26,371 bases of DNA from a virus (lineage: Duplodnaviria; Caudoviricetes). Made by a program: the position numbers and the translations under genes. Shown here piece by piece: positions 24,457 to 26,371 of the stretch. Positions within the stretch are counted from its first letter, which is position 1, and each line of letters begins with the position of its first letter. A model generated the notes under the pieces. The model was not told where the DNA came from. It ran no database searches and saw nothing but the letters and a program-made list of their open reading frames with translations. The DNA is taken from positions 1-26,371 of the IMG/VR virus record IMGVR_UViG_3300005805_000407; one strand, written 5' to 3'.

Positions 24457-25211
24457 CAAAAAATCCTAAGTTGCACGCCGCCATTGGCTTTGCGTTCTTT
24501 AGCCATCGCTCTAACCAATTTTGTACCTGTCGTTGGCTGCAAACCATGGCAATGACGACACAAAGTCCTTCCGTTTTCAACATCAAACCTAAGAGCTGGA
24601 TAAAGAGCCCATGGCTTAATATGGTCGGCAGTAAGATTTCCTCCACGCTCTTTGCAAAGTACGCATGTAAAATTGTCCCTATTAAAAACCTCTTCGCGCC
24701 ACATTTTGTATTCAATACCGTTTCGCAAAAGAGTGTTCTTTTGTGTTTTACCACCTTCCCATCTGTGAGACTTTTCGCCAACCTGTCTTTGTGACCAATT
24801 GCGTCTTGAACAAATATCAGAGCATGTTTTTTTCTTACTTGACGGATAGGAAGCAAGAAATGCTTTGCCACAAAATGCGCAAGTGCGATCTCTGGTTTTT
24901 TGCTTTGGAGCACAACTTTGACACCATTGGCGACCTTTTTTTGTGATGTGTTGGCACTTCAAAGCCGGAGCCAAACGTGTGTAATTACCTACAAAATCAG
25001 GTGTAATTTTTGTTTTTTTGGCAACAGAGTCAAATTTTTCCAAAGCCTTTTGTCTTGATGCTTCCGCGTTTGATCTGTTGTGGCAAATCCTGCTGCAAAA
25101 TTTTGCGGTTTGTAACCTATTGCGAATAACAAAAAATTCCGATTGACATTTCAAGCATTTCAGCGCAACCAATCCACCTTTCCAATTGGGATTAAGTTTT
25201 CCAGGCTTCAT
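24456..25211 (-). CDS. HNH homing endonuclease with N-terminal Cys-rich zinc repeats
   Basis: WREEVFNRDNFTCVLC...DHIKPW..YPALRFDVENGRTLCRHCH, two CxxC..CSxxC units, NPNWKGG/SHRWEGG repeats. AT-rich. Confidence 0.9.
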   Translation of the reverse strand: MKPGKLNPNWKGGLVALKCLKCQSEFFVIRNRLQTAKFCSRICHNRSNAEASRQKALEKFDSVAKKTKITPDFVGNYTRLAPALKCQHITKKGRQWCQSCAPKQKTRDRTCAFCGKAFLASYPSSKKKTCSDICSRRNWSQRQVGEKSHRWEGGKTQKNTLLRNGIEYKMWREEVFNRDNFTCVLCKERGGNLTADHIKPWALYPALRFDVENGRTLCRHCHGLQPTTGTKLVRAMAKERKANGGVQLRIF

Positions 25212-25702
25212 GAGAATTCAATCAAAGCCACAACATCATCTACCGACTGCACGATGCCTGCAATTCCACCATCAGCAAGGCAGGCATCAATCAGCTCCTG
25301 TTGCTCTTCGGTTCCTCGTTTTACGCCTGGGCGCTTGCACTCCAGCAGAAAAATTCGGCCGTCAATGAGCTGGCCCAGGTAATCCGATGCGCCCTTGGTG
25401 CGTACAGGCTTTCCGCGCAGGTATAGACGGTAAAACACGGTGTATCGGTCACCGTCTTGAACCGCGCCGCTGTTGAGCCGCATGAACCACGAAACACGCG
25501 GATGGACTCGCAGCAAATCATGGACTGCACGCATGACATCGGCCTCGGTCGGCTGGCCTGACGGCTTCCTCGGCCCGCGCTTTACAGGCTCAGGCGGGAT
25601 GTCCAGCAGCACGCGGGGCTTGCCGCTGATGGCAGCATAGCGATCCATGGTCGCTTGGTTGCGCAGCATCTTTTCGCGCAAAGATTCGCGGCCTCGGGTC
25701 AT
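25208..25702 (-). CDS. VRR-NUC / PD-(D/E)XK nuclease (Holliday junction resolvase-like)
   Basis: EADV...KGASDYLG...FLLECKRPG...EEQ..LI...GGIAGIVQSVDDV. Confidence 0.85.
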   Translation of the reverse strand: MTRGRESLREKMLRNQATMDRYAAISGKPRVLLDIPPEPVKRGPRKPSGQPTEADVMRAVHDLLRVHPRVSWFMRLNSGAVQDGDRYTVFYRLYLRGKPVRTKGASDYLGQLIDGRIFLLECKRPGVKRGTEEQQELIDACLADGGIAGIVQSVDDVVALIEFS

Positions 25703-26370
25703 GCTGCCTTCCGCAAAGATGCGTCCTGGACGAAATTGGCTCGCACCAGCACCTCGGCCATGGGTGGGCAGACGCTATTGCCGATCATTCGCACCTGGGC
25801 GTGCTTGGGCAGTGGGCGGCCCAGGTGTGGGGCGTCGAGCAGGTAGCTCTCGGCGAAGCCCTGGGCGCGGGCCAGTTCGCGGGGCTGCAGCATGCGCAGC
25901 CCGATGTCCACGATGCGGTACTGCTCGCCGGCCACGGTCACCAGACCCATGCGGTCTTTGGTGGGTAGGGTGTGCATCGGCTCGTCCAGGCCGGCCCACT
26001 GACCGCCGCTGCCGTAGAACTTCACCAGGAACGCGGCCACTAGGCTGTGATGGTCCACGCTGGTGATGGTGCCGATGGTCATGCGCAGATCACTGCCCAC
26101 CACGCCGGTGTAGTGCTTGGCCAGGAAGGCTGACACGAGGCAATACTCGGCCTTGCTGGTGATGGTGCTCAGCGGCTCATGCACGCTGCGCACCTTGCCG
26201 GCGTCGCCGTGGCCGGTGTGGCCGATGCGGACGATGAAGGGCTCAGCGGCCTCGATGACGAAGCGGCGCAGGCCTTCGGCCACGCGGCGCAGGGTGGCGT
26301 CGGCCAGCGGGCGGGGGCGGTTGAAGATGCTGGGGCAGGACAGGCTCCAGTCGATGCACTGCGCAGCGGT
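25699..26370 (-). CDS. DNA (cytosine-5)-methyltransferase, C-terminal part (truncated by the window edge)
   Basis: Frame open to the edge (TAAQCIDWSLSCPSIF...). Motifs IX/X RMLQPRELARAQGF and QVRMIGNSVCPP. Confidence 0.9.
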   Translation of the reverse strand, partial: TAAQCIDWSLSCPSIFNRPRPLADATLRRVAEGLRRFVIEAAEPFIVRIGHTGHGDAGKVRSVHEPLSTITSKAEYCLVSAFLAKHYTGVVGSDLRMTIGTITSVDHHSLVAAFLVKFYGSGGQWAGLDEPMHTLPTKDRMGLVTVAGEQYRIVDIGLRMLQPRELARAQGFAESYLLDAPHLGRPLPKHAQVRMIGNSVCPPMAEVLVRANFVQDASLRKAA

Positions 26371-26371
26371 G

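Noticed and set aside
24324-24913. Two ~155-aa alternative-frame ORFs overlapping the HNH gene
   Set aside because: No SD or recognisable motifs, while the HNH frame has complete motifs and coupling at both ends.

Overview
This window is part of a tailed dsDNA phage or prophage. It looks siphovirus-like: there is a tape measure gene, a tail-tube candidate and a tail chaperone with a frameshift, but no sheath gene. The backbone is GC-rich. The H-NS type suggests a betaproteobacterial (Burkholderiales-like) host, which is an inference. Reading right to left on the - strand: C5 DNA methyltransferase (truncated), VRR-NUC nuclease, HNH endonuclease, Zn-ribbon protein, SSB-tailed protein, TOPRIM/VapE primase-helicase, a repeat-rich origin/pac-like intergenic region, TerS, TerL and a MuF-like head protein. 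A 6.4-kb + strand block then interrupts: portal, fibre/spike proteins including an RcGTA head-spike-fibre-like gene, an XhlA-like membrane protein, head-tail completion genes and a GIY-YIG endonuclease. The - strand resumes with H-NS, scaffold, P22-like coat, an AT-hook microprotein, tail tube, chaperone, tape measure, tail-tip proteins, GH108 endolysin and holin. The most notable points are: (1) the morphogenesis genes are split into two divergent operons with an hns gene at the divergence point; (2) a putative head-spike module; (3) AT-rich domain-sized cassettes inside otherwise GC-rich virion genes; (4) an unannotated -1 frameshift ORF; (5) a 19-bp-spacer promoter with a switchable RNA leader ahead of the primase operon. 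Family assignments come from motif recognition only, and GC figures are hand counts of single 60-nt lines; no searches were run.
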